From the NCBI GenBank assembly GCA_964574985.1, contig CAZNPH010000002.1:113263-177262 (forward strand): a DNA stretch of 64,000 nucleotides. The letters are read 5' to 3'. Both the position numbers and the translations under genes were made by a program. This DNA comes from an uncultured Bacteroidaceae bacterium (lineage in GTDB: Bacteria; Bacteroidota; Bacteroidia; Bacteroidales; SM23-62). The first letter of the stretch is position 1. Each line of letters begins with the position of its first letter. Below are positions 9,425-19,183 of this stretch, one piece after another. The notes under the pieces are model-generated. The model was not told where the DNA came from. It worked only from the letters and a program-made list of their open reading frames with translations, and searched no databases.

Positions 9425-10498
9425 TCAGGGTTTGAAACAGAATGCCGAAGGGGCGATGTCGGTTTGAAACGAATCGATGAGCATACCGGTGGGTGCATGG
9501 CGGTATATCCATCCCGGACTGATGTAATCCACGGCATCGCTCACATACACTTCGGAAGTGACGGGATCCACTCCCAGTCCGTAAAACAACCGGGTTTTTT
9601 CGGGAATAAAAGGCTTGCCGGGTATGTTTTCTGCGGTAACGGCCATTCTGTAAACTCCGGGTTCGGTTCCTGAATTGCCTCCCCAGCCTCCGTTCAGATA
9701 GAAAAGCGTGTCCTTCGATTCGTTGAGTGTGAGCCGGGTAGGTGAAAATTCCTCATCCGGAAAGACGAAAACCCTGTCGATGGTGAAGCTGACCAGGTCG
9801 ATGCAGGTCAGTGCAGGTTTTTGCTGTCCGCCCGGGATCCCGGGATAACCTCCGTCAGAGAGCACCCAGAGCTTTTCATGGATATCCTTTGCCATGCTGT
9901 TGGGTTGCAGGGCAACGGTCAGGGAATCTGTCAGCAGATCCTGCCGGCAATCTATCTTGTATACTTTGTCCCCGTATGACCAGTTACAGGCATATGCGAA
10001 ATTCCCCGATTTCACCATATGTTCGGTTCCCCGGCCGGTTTTGATATGACCGGTCACCTGGAATGATCCCGGATCCATGATGGTGATGAACGGACTGTAC
10101 AGATCGCTGACATAGGCTTTGGTTGCACTGACCATACAGATATACCGGGGCGATGTGAGTCCGTTTACCGTAGACAAAACCCTGAAATCATCCACGTTGA
10201 TCACCAGTATCTTGCCGGAGTTGTTGATGACCACGAATCCGGTTTGGTCCCGTATGACCATGGATTGCATGACATCCCCCGGCGGAAATCCGTTGGCGTT
10301 GAAGAATACTTGGTTGGATACTTCTTTGGTGACCGGATCATAAAAAGAAAGGGAGGAATTGCCATAGGTGAAGTTCCCCTCATTGCATATGAAAACTCCT
10401 TCGCCGGAATCATATTCCCCGTAGGGTGTCCCGTTTTCGCTGCACTGGCTGAGGATGAACAGGGACATCAGGATGAACGGCCGGATGCGGATGGTCAT
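9425..10498 (-). CDS. YncE/DUF5074-like beta-propeller surface lipoprotein (candidate BtuG-like corrinoid-binding partner of the receptor)
   Basis: The start was moved to ATG 10498: [19 protein letters not shown] is a lipoprotein signal with a lipobox Cys. The body is beta-rich and repetitive. It lies 10 nt downstream of the TonB-dependent receptor gene, in the riboswitch-controlled operon. Confidence 0.55.
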   Translation of the reverse strand: MTIRIRPFILMSLFILSQCSENGTPYGEYDSGEGVFICNEGNFTYGNSSLSFYDPVTKEVSNQVFFNANGFPPGDVMQSMVIRDQTGFVVINNSGKILVINVDDFRVLSTVNGLTSPRYICMVSATKAYVSDLYSPFITIMDPGSFQVTGHIKTGRGTEHMVKSGNFAYACNWSYGDKVYKIDCRQDLLTDSLTVALQPNSMAKDIHEKLWVLSDGGYPGIPGGQQKPALTCIDLVSFTIDRVFVFPDEEFSPTRLTLNESKDTLFYLNGGWGGNSGTEPGVYRMAVTAENIPGKPFIPEKTRLFYGLGVDPVTSEVYVSDAVDYISPGWIYRHAPTGMLIDSFQTDIAPSAFCFKP

Positions 10499-10508
10499 GT
10501 GAACTGAT

Positions 10509-12443
10509 TTAAAATTTGATTTTGCATATGAACATATGGTTGCGTCCCGGCATGGCCCTCCAGAGAACCGCCTGGTAATCTTCATTGAACAAGTTCCTGA
10601 TGGTATACTCCAGGTGGAACCGGAACCCGGAAACCCTGAATTTTCTTCCCGCGCTGATGTTGTGCAGGTCATATGCAGGCAGACTGTGCCGGTTGGTTTC
10701 ACCGCCTTCGGCTGTAAATCTTTTCCCCGTCAGTGCAAAAGAATAGGAAAAATTATTGTTGCCCAGTGTGGAAATGAACCTGGCACCCGCTTTGTGCAGG
10801 GGGATATATATCAATTGGTTGTTTTTCTGGTTGGTCGTCCGGGTATAGGCATAATGGGCGTTCAGGCGCAGGTTCATATTCCGCATGAGGTAATTGCCCG
10901 TGAACATGCATTCCAATCCCCTGGAAAAAACCTTTTTGATATTGTCTGCCTGCCAGAACCTGAATTTGCCCGGGGCCCACATGATCCAGTCGTCAATCAG
11001 CGATGCATATGTGTTTGCCCTGGCGGTGAATGCAAATGTGCTGTCCCGGGCGAACCGGTATTCCAGGGAGAGGTCTGCCATGGTCCCTTTTTCCGGACGG
11101 AGGTTGGGATTCCCGCCGGGGCTCCAGTAAAGGTCGTTCAGCGAAGGAATGTTGTATACTGCGGATACGTTGGATCTGAGTTTCAGATCCTGCAGTCCGG
11201 GAACGGTCCATTCAAATCCTGCCGAAGGCATAAAAGGCGTGAATTCCCGGTCCGCGTACTCTTCCCGTAGGAGTCCGAATACCGTCAGTTCGCTGCTTGC
11301 CGCATGATGGAGGCTGACAGTGGCTCCAAGCTCATTGCGAACCACATCAAATCCGCCGGTTTTCAGGTGATCGGTGACGGTTCCCCTGTGGAAATAATAA
11401 TTCACCTGGCTTTTGAAGACCGTTTCCGGTGAGATCCGGATTTCCAGTTTGTGCCGGTTATACAAGCCTTCAAATTCATTTTGTGTATCAAAATTTTGAA
11501 GTATCCCCCCTTCTGTATGGTTGGCCAGGCGGTACCGGAGATCCTGATGGCTGAAACCCGTGATGAGTTCAGACCGGAACTTTTCCCCGTGCCTGATCCA
11601 TGAGGCGGTCAGATGCAGGTCCCGGTCCTTTTGGTTCTCATCCCTTTCGCTTCCCTGGTAAGACATGATGGGAGGGAGGTTGCGGTCGGATTCCTGGATC
11701 CAGGCATGGACGGATACGGTCCCGCCGGAGTAAGTCCGCATATACACCTCCCCCTGCGCACCGGTTTTGGCGTAATCCGCGTTTTTTTGCTTTTCATATC
11801 TCCACAGTCCGTTGGCATCATTGTAAAAAGTAAAATCATTTTCAGAGCGCTGATGGAAAACCCTGAAGTTCGTCTGCCACTTCGTATTTCCCCCGCCCAG
11901 GGTAAGAAATGACTGATAGGTGTCAAAGCTGCCGATACCCTGAATGGCCGATCCTGAGAATCCTTCGTACCAACCGGTACGGGTACGGAGATGGATGCTT
12001 CCGCCCAGGGCCCCGGGTCCTTCATGTAAAGTGCTTCCCCCATGGAACAGGTTGATCTCGTCGATCAGAAATACAGGGACCAGGGAAAGATCCGCCTGTC
12101 CGGTAAGCGGACTGTTCAGGGGGATGCCGTTCCAGACGATGCGGGTATGGGATGAAGCAGTGCCACGGAAAGAGACGGTCGACAGTGCCCCGGGTCCGTA
12201 ACTCCTGATAAATACAGGAGTGTTTTCAGATAGCAGTTCGCCAAGTGAGATATTGAATGCTTTTTGTATCGCGGATGAGTCCACCCGGGTTTTGACCAGT
12301 CCTTTTTCCGGGACAGGAATGGAGGCCTTGATCCGCACTTCGCGCAGCAGTATGACCGTATCGGCCAGATTCTGTGCCTGGAGGGACAGGCAAAAACCGG
12401 TCAGCCATAGGAAAACCACAATATGTATGCATTTTCCGGTCAT
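10509..12443 (-). CDS. TonB-dependent outer-membrane receptor (BtuB-like by context)
   Basis: 644 aa with a signal peptide. Plug region: VSFRGTASSHTRIVWNGIPLNSPLTGQADLSLVP. A long beta-barrel ends in an aromatic residue (...FICKIKF). It lies downstream of a cobalamin riboswitch. Confidence 0.8.
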   Translation of the reverse strand: MTGKCIHIVVFLWLTGFCLSLQAQNLADTVILLREVRIKASIPVPEKGLVKTRVDSSAIQKAFNISLGELLSENTPVFIRSYGPGALSTVSFRGTASSHTRIVWNGIPLNSPLTGQADLSLVPVFLIDEINLFHGGSTLHEGPGALGGSIHLRTRTGWYEGFSGSAIQGIGSFDTYQSFLTLGGGNTKWQTNFRVFHQRSENDFTFYNDANGLWRYEKQKNADYAKTGAQGEVYMRTYSGGTVSVHAWIQESDRNLPPIMSYQGSERDENQKDRDLHLTASWIRHGEKFRSELITGFSHQDLRYRLANHTEGGILQNFDTQNEFEGLYNRHKLEIRISPETVFKSQVNYYFHRGTVTDHLKTGGFDVVRNELGATVSLHHAASSELTVFGLLREEYADREFTPFMPSAGFEWTVPGLQDLKLRSNVSAVYNIPSLNDLYWSPGGNPNLRPEKGTMADLSLEYRFARDSTFAFTARANTYASLIDDWIMWAPGKFRFWQADNIKKVFSRGLECMFTGNYLMRNMNLRLNAHYAYTRTTNQKNNQLIYIPLHKAGARFISTLGNNNFSYSFALTGKRFTAEGGETNRHSLPAYDLHNISAGRKFRVSGFRFHLEYTIRNLFNEDYQAVLWRAMPGRNHMFICKIKF

Positions 12444-13519
12444 TCTGTAATCAAAAGTTTGCCTTTAAAAATCTTTTTTTCCTGCCGGAACATCAAAATG
12501 TATATACCCGGCACCAGGTTCCCGGGTATGTTCAGAGCGGCCGGGTGTATGTTTTCCTTCCGGGTCATTTGTGTGGTCTTCCCTTCAAGGTTTATCAGAG
12601 AAGCTCCCCGGATCATTTTCCGGGAGTTCAGGCATGGATGGCGGATTGAAATCCGGTCGCCTTTGGAGACCGGATTGGGGGATATTTCAAGGAATTCCCG
12701 GATGTTATGCCTGCAGGGGGAATACAGGTGCCCGGTGCCCGCAGTCTGTGCATAATGGATCACTCCGATTGCATTCAGGTCGAATCCGCCGTTCCAGTAT
12801 GGAGTGGGCCAGGGGTCGTTGATGATGGTTCCCCGGGAGTCAAAACTGCAAAAACTGCTGTCGATGCTTCCCACCACATCGATGACCCTGACCTGCCGGA
12901 TGTTGTGGATATCGATTCCTGAGCTGTCCCTCAAATCCTGCAGATCGAAAGGCGTACCATACCCGCGGGGATATTTGCCGGCCAGGTTGTGGAAATTTTC
13001 CGGGTCCATGGGCGTAAAGCTTCCGACCTGCAGGGTGTCCTGGTTATCTGATATGGACGGGAAGCGGACAAAATGAATACCGTCCGAACTGACTTCTACA
13101 AAAGCCAGCTCAAGATAATACAGGTTTTCGCTGCCTGCCGCATGAAAACCATTTTCGAATACGGCAAAATCAGGACCTTCACCGTCGGACAAGGGACGGT
13201 GGAATTCCAGGATGGCCTGTCCCCCGTCGCCCAGACTGACACAGTCCATGTTGCCTGACGGTTTGCCGGTGGCCAGACTATCATACCCGAAGAAAGCACG
13301 GTTGGAGGTGATCCCTCCCTCCGTGCAGGTAAGATTGGTGTCAGCGATGTTGAGATAACCCCTGCTTGTCCGGCAGCCGGCAGCCCATCCGGCAAATACG
13401 GAACTGTCCTTGTGGATAGGCCCGGTTCCGTTCTGCCCGGAGGAAAGAAACTTCTGTGCATATCCGCCGGTTGATGCAAGAAAACACAGACAAAGAAAAA
13501 TGAAGCAAGGTCTTTCCAT
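12440..13519 (-). CDS. Secreted/cell-surface protein with a T9SS C-terminal sorting domain; first gene of the B12-riboswitch operon
   Basis: 359 aa. Signal peptide: MERPCFIFLCLCFLASTGGYAQ. The last ~80 aa (ISPNPVSKGDRISI...PGIYILMFRQEKKIFKGKLLITE) fit the Por secretion tail pattern. Its stop overlaps the receptor ATG (ATGA). Confidence 0.65.
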   Translation of the reverse strand: MERPCFIFLCLCFLASTGGYAQKFLSSGQNGTGPIHKDSSVFAGWAAGCRTSRGYLNIADTNLTCTEGGITSNRAFFGYDSLATGKPSGNMDCVSLGDGGQAILEFHRPLSDGEGPDFAVFENGFHAAGSENLYYLELAFVEVSSDGIHFVRFPSISDNQDTLQVGSFTPMDPENFHNLAGKYPRGYGTPFDLQDLRDSSGIDIHNIRQVRVIDVVGSIDSSFCSFDSRGTIINDPWPTPYWNGGFDLNAIGVIHYAQTAGTGHLYSPCRHNIREFLEISPNPVSKGDRISIRHPCLNSRKMIRGASLINLEGKTTQMTRKENIHPAALNIPGNLVPGIYILMFRQEKKIFKGKLLITE

Positions 13520-13649
13520 CGTTTGCCGCCATTTTATGAAGCCTGATTTTGCAGCAAACGATGTCGGGGAGAGTTGAAATAGACATTGCTGATTTGCTTC
13601 CTGTTCACCGCAGGCTGCAAAACCGGCAATGCACTGGCAGGTCTTCTGA

Positions 13650-13812
13650 CTTGTCCCGGTTCCTGCCCCCTTCCCATCTTGTTTTGTTCAAAACAGTGGT
13701 ATATCCGGCAGAAACCATGTGGCCCCGATGGGCCCGGGTTCACAGCAGCGGGAACTGTTGCCGATTCTCACGGCATTCCTTATTAATCCCTGCAAACGGG
13801 AACCAATGCATC
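13650..13812 (-). promoter_or_regulatory. Cobalamin (B12) riboswitch
   Basis: The minus-strand RNA reads TGGTTCCCGTTTGCAGGGATTAATAAGGAATGCCGTGAGAATCGGCAACAGTTCCCGCTGCTGTGAAC...ATACCACTGTTTTGAACAAAACAAGATGGGAAGGGGGCAGGAACC. It shows the conserved core (AAGGAA / GTGAGAATC / CCCGCTGCTGTGA), the B12 box (CCACTG...GGGAAGG) and P1 closure GGTTCC/GGAACC. Confidence 0.8.
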
Positions 13813-13816
13813 ATGT

Positions 13817-13824
13817 CAAATGTA
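13817..13824 (-). promoter_or_regulatory. Bacteroidetes -7 promoter box (TACATTTG) for the riboswitch operon
   Basis: The reverse complement of caaatgta matches TAnnTTTG, about 5-10 nt upstream of the first riboswitch helix. Confidence 0.5.
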
Positions 13825-13884
13825 AGGCAATTTTGTGGAATTTTTTGTATTTTCACCATTGGATTTGAATTGATCCTCTTCAAA

Positions 13885-15576
13885 ATGATGAAAAAAAGCT
13901 TTTTACTGCCGGTGTTGCTGTTGATCGCCCTGCCTTCCTTCCCACAGGGGGAGGCAGTGAACAAGGTGTCCGTAGAAGTCATCCTGGAAAAAAAATACAT
14001 GAACTTTCCGGTTTGCAACCGGGAAAAAAGACAGATCGTGCGGATTTATGCAGGGGGCGAAACAATCAGGGAATTCACCATTCACCTGGCAGCCGGCAGT
14101 GTGGATTGGTGGGCGTACCTGGACATCAAACCTTTTTCCGGGAAAAGGGTTGTTGTTGCGGTGGAAGGATACCCGCAGAATTCAAGGGGCCTGGATATGA
14201 TCTTTCAGGACGATACCATGGCCAACGCGGAGGAACTGTACAGGGAAGAGCTGCGCCCCGTTTACCACTTTACGGCTGCCCGGGGATGGCATAATGATCC
14301 GAACGGACTGGTATTTCATGATGGGATTTATCACCTCTATTTTCAGCACAATCCCTACGGATGGAACTGGGGAAATATGCACTGGGGGCACGCGGTCAGC
14401 ACCGACCTGGTGCACTGGAAGCAACTGGATGAGGCCCTTTATCCCCCGGCTCTTCATGACATGCGTTTTTCGGGTTCGGCCGTGGTCGATCACCAAAATA
14501 CGAGCGGTTTTGGCCGGCCGGGGCGGCCGCCCCTGATCACGGCCCATACCAGCACCGGGCGGGGGGAAGTCATCGGTTACAGTCTGAACAACGGGAAGAC
14601 CTTCACCGGGTATGAAGGCAATCCCGTAGTTGTGCATGAGCATACGGGAAGGGATCCGAAAATATTCTGGTACGAGCCGGGCGGACACTGGGTTATGATC
14701 GTTTATGATGAAAAGCCCGATAAAAATCAACAGGGCATTCAAATCATCAAAAGGACTTTTGACATACATACTTCGCCGGACCTGAAACATTGGACCTGCC
14801 GTTCCGCCATACCTGGTTTTTTTGAATGCCCCGAACTTTTTGAATTGCCGGTGGACGGGAATGAGAAGGATACCCGGTGGATCGTGTATGACGGGATGGG
14901 CGACTATCTGGTCGGAAAATTCGATGGCATGGTTTATGCTCCGGAATCCGGCAAGCATGATTTTCATAAAGGCCATTTTTATGCATCACAGACATACAAT
15001 AACATGCCTGGCAACAGGCGCGTACAGGTCGCATGGGGAAAGGGCATGGAATTCCCCGGAATGCCATTCAACCAGATGATGCTGTTTCCCACCGAACTGA
15101 GTCTGCATACCACCCAGGACGGAATCCGGATGTTTGCACAACCGGTCCGGGAGATCGAAAAACTCCACGGAAGATCGTACCACCGTGAGGATATCACATT
15201 GACCGATACCAATTCCCTGGTTATATATCCTGAAACCTGCGCCCTGCATATCTTGTCCACCATCAGGCTTGATGATCCGGCAAGTTGTGGGATGGAGGTA
15301 AATGGTTACCGGGTCCATTTCGACCGCAGAAGATGGGAGCTGAACGGACATTTTGTCCGGCCGGTGAACAACAGGATCCATCTGGAAATCCTGGTGGACC
15401 GTGCAAGTATTGAGATATTTGCCAATCACGGACGGTTGTACATTCCGGACTACCATTTTTCAACGGGTAAAAATCCCTGTGTAAAGATCTATGCCGGAAA
15501 AGGCGGAGGCGGAACAGGGATCGCGACAGTCGAAAACCTGGAAATCTATGAAATGAGGTCTATCTGGCTTGATTAA
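13885..15576 (+). CDS. Glycoside hydrolase family 32 (beta-fructofuranosidase/levanase-like), secreted
   Basis: ATG 13885 gives the signal peptide MMKKSFLLPVLLLIALPSFPQ. GH32 motifs present: WHNDPNGLVFHDGIYHLYFQHNP, RDP (GRDPKIFW) and EC (FFECPELF). The upstream 112 codons of the ORF track overlap the riboswitch and were rejected. Confidence 0.9.
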   Translation: MMKKSFLLPVLLLIALPSFPQGEAVNKVSVEVILEKKYMNFPVCNREKRQIVRIYAGGETIREFTIHLAAGSVDWWAYLDIKPFSGKRVVVAVEGYPQNSRGLDMIFQDDTMANAEELYREELRPVYHFTAARGWHNDPNGLVFHDGIYHLYFQHNPYGWNWGNMHWGHAVSTDLVHWKQLDEALYPPALHDMRFSGSAVVDHQNTSGFGRPGRPPLITAHTSTGRGEVIGYSLNNGKTFTGYEGNPVVVHEHTGRDPKIFWYEPGGHWVMIVYDEKPDKNQQGIQIIKRTFDIHTSPDLKHWTCRSAIPGFFECPELFELPVDGNEKDTRWIVYDGMGDYLVGKFDGMVYAPESGKHDFHKGHFYASQTYNNMPGNRRVQVAWGKGMEFPGMPFNQMMLFPTELSLHTTQDGIRMFAQPVREIEKLHGRSYHREDITLTDTNSLVIYPETCALHILSTIRLDDPASCGMEVNGYRVHFDRRRWELNGHFVRPVNNRIHLEILVDRASIEIFANHGRLYIPDYHFSTGKNPCVKIYAGKGGGGTGIATVENLEIYEMRSIWLD

Positions 15577-15623
15577 CAAAATCTTACACATAAAACATAT
15601 TTGGATAAAACCTCCCATTGGTT

Positions 15624-15631
15624 TATATTTG
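15624..15631 (+). promoter_or_regulatory. Candidate -7 box (TATATTTG)
   Basis: Matches TAnnTTTG, 36 nt upstream of the ATG at 15667. Confidence 0.4.
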
Positions 15632-15666
15632 AATGAATTATATCATGCCTTTATATTTTTCTTTCC

Positions 15667-17058
15667 ATGAAAATCAGGGATAAGCTCATTGTATGTGCAA
15701 TCATCATCGGCCTTTCATATTACGTTCTTGATGCATTCATTGATTACCTTCTTTTTTACGAAGATCTTTCCTTTTTTCAGATCCTGGTGCTGAAAGTTCC
15801 CATTGCCGAGCTATACAACCGGCTGATCGGCATTACTGCCATATTAATTTTCGGGATCATCATTTCGGGTTTTATGGCCGATCTGCAAACCGACCGGCAC
15901 CTGACCATCAGAAAACCGGAGAACGTGAAGGACGAAATGATCTTCGATCCCAATCTTATGGTCAAACTGGCCCATCAGATCAGGATACCGATGAATGCCA
16001 TTGTCGGCTTTTCTGACCTGCTGAAGGATCCTTCACTTTCCGTACAGTCCAGGCAAACCTATATCAATCATATCAATTCCAGCGGGAAGTACCTGCTCAG
16101 CCTCATTACCAATATGGTTGACATAACCCGGCTGGAGATGGGCCAGTTGCCGGTGAACAAAAAAAATTTCAGTCTGAATGAACTAATGCAGGAGATCCAT
16201 AATGATTTTGAAAAGCGGAAGAAAGAAAGTGGGCGGACTGAAGTCGGGATCGTCCTCAGAAAAGGCATCAGGGAAGGGGATTTCACCTTCCATACGGATC
16301 CGGACCGGCTCCGGCAGGTCATATCCAATTTGCTGGAAAATGCGCTTAAATTCACCGAGGAAGGCTTCATCGAATTCGGGTACAAAAAGCCGGATGGAAA
16401 TGAACTCGAGTTTTATGTGAAGGATACGGGTTCGGGTTTTTCCGGAGAAAGGCTTGAAGTCATATTCAAACGTTTCAGAAACATGTCCGACAACCAGATC
16501 CATCCTTTCGACAGTGCTGCCCTGCGGCTGAACATCGCCAAAAACCTTGTCTGCCTTCTCGGTGGAGGAATGTGGGCGGAATCCAGGATCGGACAAGGGT
16601 CCACGTTCCGTTTTACCATATCCGGTAAAAGCTATGAAGAGATCATTGAGAAAGAAAAAATTGAGAAAAAAGAAACCGGACAAAAAAACTGGAAGAACAA
16701 AACAATCCTGATCGCGGAAGACATTGAATCCAACTTCATTTACCTTCATGAGATACTGAAACCCACAGAAGCCCGATTGATCTGGGCAAAAAACGGAAGG
16801 GAAGCGGTTACGCACTGCCAGAAAAATGACCGGATCGATATTGTGCTTATGGATATTCTGATGCCGGAAATGGATGGATATGAAGCATTGGAAAAGATCA
16901 AGGGGATCAATGAAGACCTTCCTGTTGTTGCACAAACCGCATATTCCCTGGAAGGAGAAACAGACAGAACACAAACGGAACGTTTCGATGATTATCTGAC
17001 CAAACCCATCTGGTCAAACCATCTATTGTCAACCCTGGGGAAATATCTCAATCAATAG
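15667..17058 (+). CDS. Hybrid sensor histidine kinase/response regulator (2 TM, no obvious sensor domain)
   Basis: H-box LAHQIRIPMNAIVGFSDLL; N-box LLENALKFT; G-boxes DTGSGFS and GQGSTF. A receiver domain follows (ILIAEDIESN...DIVLMDILMPEMDG...LTKP). Confidence 0.85.
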   Translation: MKIRDKLIVCAIIIGLSYYVLDAFIDYLLFYEDLSFFQILVLKVPIAELYNRLIGITAILIFGIIISGFMADLQTDRHLTIRKPENVKDEMIFDPNLMVKLAHQIRIPMNAIVGFSDLLKDPSLSVQSRQTYINHINSSGKYLLSLITNMVDITRLEMGQLPVNKKNFSLNELMQEIHNDFEKRKKESGRTEVGIVLRKGIREGDFTFHTDPDRLRQVISNLLENALKFTEEGFIEFGYKKPDGNELEFYVKDTGSGFSGERLEVIFKRFRNMSDNQIHPFDSAALRLNIAKNLVCLLGGGMWAESRIGQGSTFRFTISGKSYEEIIEKEKIEKKETGQKNWKNKTILIAEDIESNFIYLHEILKPTEARLIWAKNGREAVTHCQKNDRIDIVLMDILMPEMDGYEALEKIKGINEDLPVVAQTAYSLEGETDRTQTERFDDYLTKPIWSNHLLSTLGKYLNQ

Positions 17059-18585
17059 TTACGGTTTTTCCGCATCGCGTTTTTTCTTCTGCAGCTCCTT
17101 TAATTTCTGGCGGAGTTCGCTTTCGCTTTTGGCAGATTGTTCCTGAATGGCTCTCATCTCTTCCATGTTCTGGCGGAGTTCTTCCTCCTGCGAAGCAAGT
17201 TCCTCGGTTTGTTGCTGTGATTTTTTCAAAAGCAGGGATGTTCTGATGTTTGAGCGGACTGAAGAAATGGTGCTGGCAATGTTGATGGCAATCCGTTCCA
17301 CGAAATCGATTTGATACGGCCGGAGTATATGGAAAGAAGCAATTTCAACGGCACCCAGAATGACCTCGTTTAGTTTCAGGGGGACAATGAGGATGCTCCT
17401 GGGATTCGTTTCTCCCATTCCTGACGAGATGGTAATATAACCCGGGGGTATATCGGTCAGGAATATGGTTTCTCCCTCCTGAACGGATCTTCCCAACAAG
17501 CCCTCTCCATAGGGGATCTTTTTTTCAAGGGCCTTCTTTCTGTCGAAGGCAAAGCATGCCATCATCTCGATATATTGGTAATCCTTTTCCCGGTCATCAA
17601 CAATGAAAAGTCCCCCTGCCCTGGCATCCAGATATTTTACCAGGTTGCGGATTATATTGTGTGACAGGTCCCGTAGATCCTTGTGCTCTTCCCTGAGAAT
17701 GTCACTGAAAACTGCTATGCCCTGCGCGGCCCAGTTTCGCTGGTCATCTTCCTTTTTTCTTTTGGCTTCTTCCCGGGCCGCGTTCCTGAGTTCGTTCCGC
17801 ATGTTCATCAATGCGCTTCCCAGTAAATCATGTTCGCTCAGGGGATTGAATTCCTGTTCAAAGTGCCCTTTCCCAATCTCTGCAGAAAAATGGGTCAATT
17901 GTTTGAGCCGTTCGGAGAGTGCGTTCAATGCTCCGGCGATCTTGCCCATTTCATTTTTGGCTTCCGGGATTTTTTCGGTGGGCAAAATGCCGTTTTTCAT
18001 ATCCCGGATGATCGTGCTGTACCTGGAAAGGGGCCGGGTGACCAATCGGATCATATACCAGGCGGCGCTGATGATCAACGCGATGAGAACCGCTGCCACC
18101 ATGAACAGGAACCTGCCGGACCGGTCGGACAATGCTTGCAGATTTCTTCTTGCCTCCCGGGTTTGTTGTTGGAAAGTGCCGGTCAGAAAACTGATGTTCC
18201 CGGAGATCTGGTTGATCCGGGTAGCCGGGACCGTGTCTTTCATAAGAAGCGAATCTTCGATCTGCCTGAACAGATCCTGCAGCAGGAGGGCCCGGTCTTT
18301 TTCCCATTCCACTGAAAGTTCCCTGAGATGTGTTTTCAGTGAAGGGTACCGGATGTGCTCCGGAGTGTGAAGCTTTTCCCCGGGATATGTTCCGGCCTGA
18401 AGGACAAGTTCGTTCAACTGCTTGAGTCCGTTTACCGCCGGATCCAGTGAGTATGCGATGCCGGTGTTCAGTTGACTGATCCTGTTCAGATGTTTTTTTC
18501 CTGCAAATGCAGCCAGCACAATGGCCGCTGTGATCAGGCCAAACAGCAAAACGCAACGAAAAGCAATGGTATGCCAAAACCTCAT
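17059..18585 (-). CDS. Membrane HAMP-GAF domain protein with C-terminal coiled coil and no output domain
   Basis: N-terminal TM segment, second TM segment plus HAMP (RPLSRYSTIIRDMKNGIL...MGKIAGALNALSERL). GAF-like core: DARAGGLFIVDD...LGRSVQEGETIFLTDIP...LIVPLKLNEVILGAVEIASF. The tail is Q/E-rich coiled coil. Confidence 0.7.
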   Translation of the reverse strand: MRFWHTIAFRCVLLFGLITAAIVLAAFAGKKHLNRISQLNTGIAYSLDPAVNGLKQLNELVLQAGTYPGEKLHTPEHIRYPSLKTHLRELSVEWEKDRALLLQDLFRQIEDSLLMKDTVPATRINQISGNISFLTGTFQQQTREARRNLQALSDRSGRFLFMVAAVLIALIISAAWYMIRLVTRPLSRYSTIIRDMKNGILPTEKIPEAKNEMGKIAGALNALSERLKQLTHFSAEIGKGHFEQEFNPLSEHDLLGSALMNMRNELRNAAREEAKRKKEDDQRNWAAQGIAVFSDILREEHKDLRDLSHNIIRNLVKYLDARAGGLFIVDDREKDYQYIEMMACFAFDRKKALEKKIPYGEGLLGRSVQEGETIFLTDIPPGYITISSGMGETNPRSILIVPLKLNEVILGAVEIASFHILRPYQIDFVERIAINIASTISSVRSNIRTSLLLKKSQQQTEELASQEEELRQNMEEMRAIQEQSAKSESELRQKLKELQKKKRDAEKP

Positions 18586-18624
18586 GGAAAAAGGTTTACT
18601 GAACTGCAGAGTAAAGATAATGAA

Positions 18625-19110
18625 TTATTTTTCCTGCTTCTTAAAGAATGCATCTTTGCCGGGATAGTACAGCCCTTCCCTGGCTTTTTCCAGGGGATAA
18701 ATGTAGTAATCGACCAATGCGCTGGCACATACTTTTCCTTCGGCGTCGATCAGATCCACGTCGATGCTGGCAATTCTGCGCACGATTTCACGGACTTTTG
18801 CGACCAGCCGGATTTTTCCCCTGTTCAGGTACATGGTTTTTTTGAATTTCATATCCAGTTTGTATGTCACCCCGGCCGTGCCTGCTTTGACGTAAACGGT
18901 CCAGCTGGCAATCTCGTCCGCCAGCGTGGCCTGGATGCCTCCATGAAGGATATTGGAGTATCCCTGGAATTGTGGTTCGGGATCCCATTCGCTGACCACC
19001 AAATCACCGTCTTCAAAAAACCGCAACCGGAGTCCGTTTAAATTCCCGGGAGAACAACCAAAACAATTATAACCCTCGTATTGGGTAAATGGATTCTGGA
19101 TTTCTCGCAT
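18625..19110 (-). CDS. PaaI/hot-dog fold thioesterase-like protein
   Basis: The start was trimmed to ATG 19110 (MREIQNPF...). It has a CxxC motif (YNCFGCSPGN) and HGGIQATLADE, typical of PaaI-type thioesterases. Confidence 0.55.
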   Translation of the reverse strand: MREIQNPFTQYEGYNCFGCSPGNLNGLRLRFFEDGDLVVSEWDPEPQFQGYSNILHGGIQATLADEIASWTVYVKAGTAGVTYKLDMKFKKTMYLNRGKIRLVAKVREIVRRIASIDVDLIDAEGKVCASALVDYYIYPLEKAREGLYYPGKDAFFKKQEK

Positions 19111-19183
19111 ATTTTTGCCTGTTTTTGGGCAAATGTAAGCTTTTCCGGGGAAAAATAAACCTGTCATTCACCGTGAAAAGTCT

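Noticed and set aside
9307-9537. N-terminal extensions in the ORF track for fbaB (9307-9537), the propeller lipoprotein (10499-10702), purH (22511-22768), lysS (36887-37057), corA (41376-41441), hpt (45147-45227), adk (45789-45821) and parE (50734-50763).
   Set aside because: The canonical family N-termini or signal peptides start at internal ATGs. Several extensions overlap neighbouring genes or contain the promoter box itself.
13549-13884. 112-codon N-terminal extension of the GH32 ORF.
   Set aside because: The extension overlaps the minus-strand cobalamin riboswitch and has no protein-like features. A proper signal peptide begins at ATG 13885.
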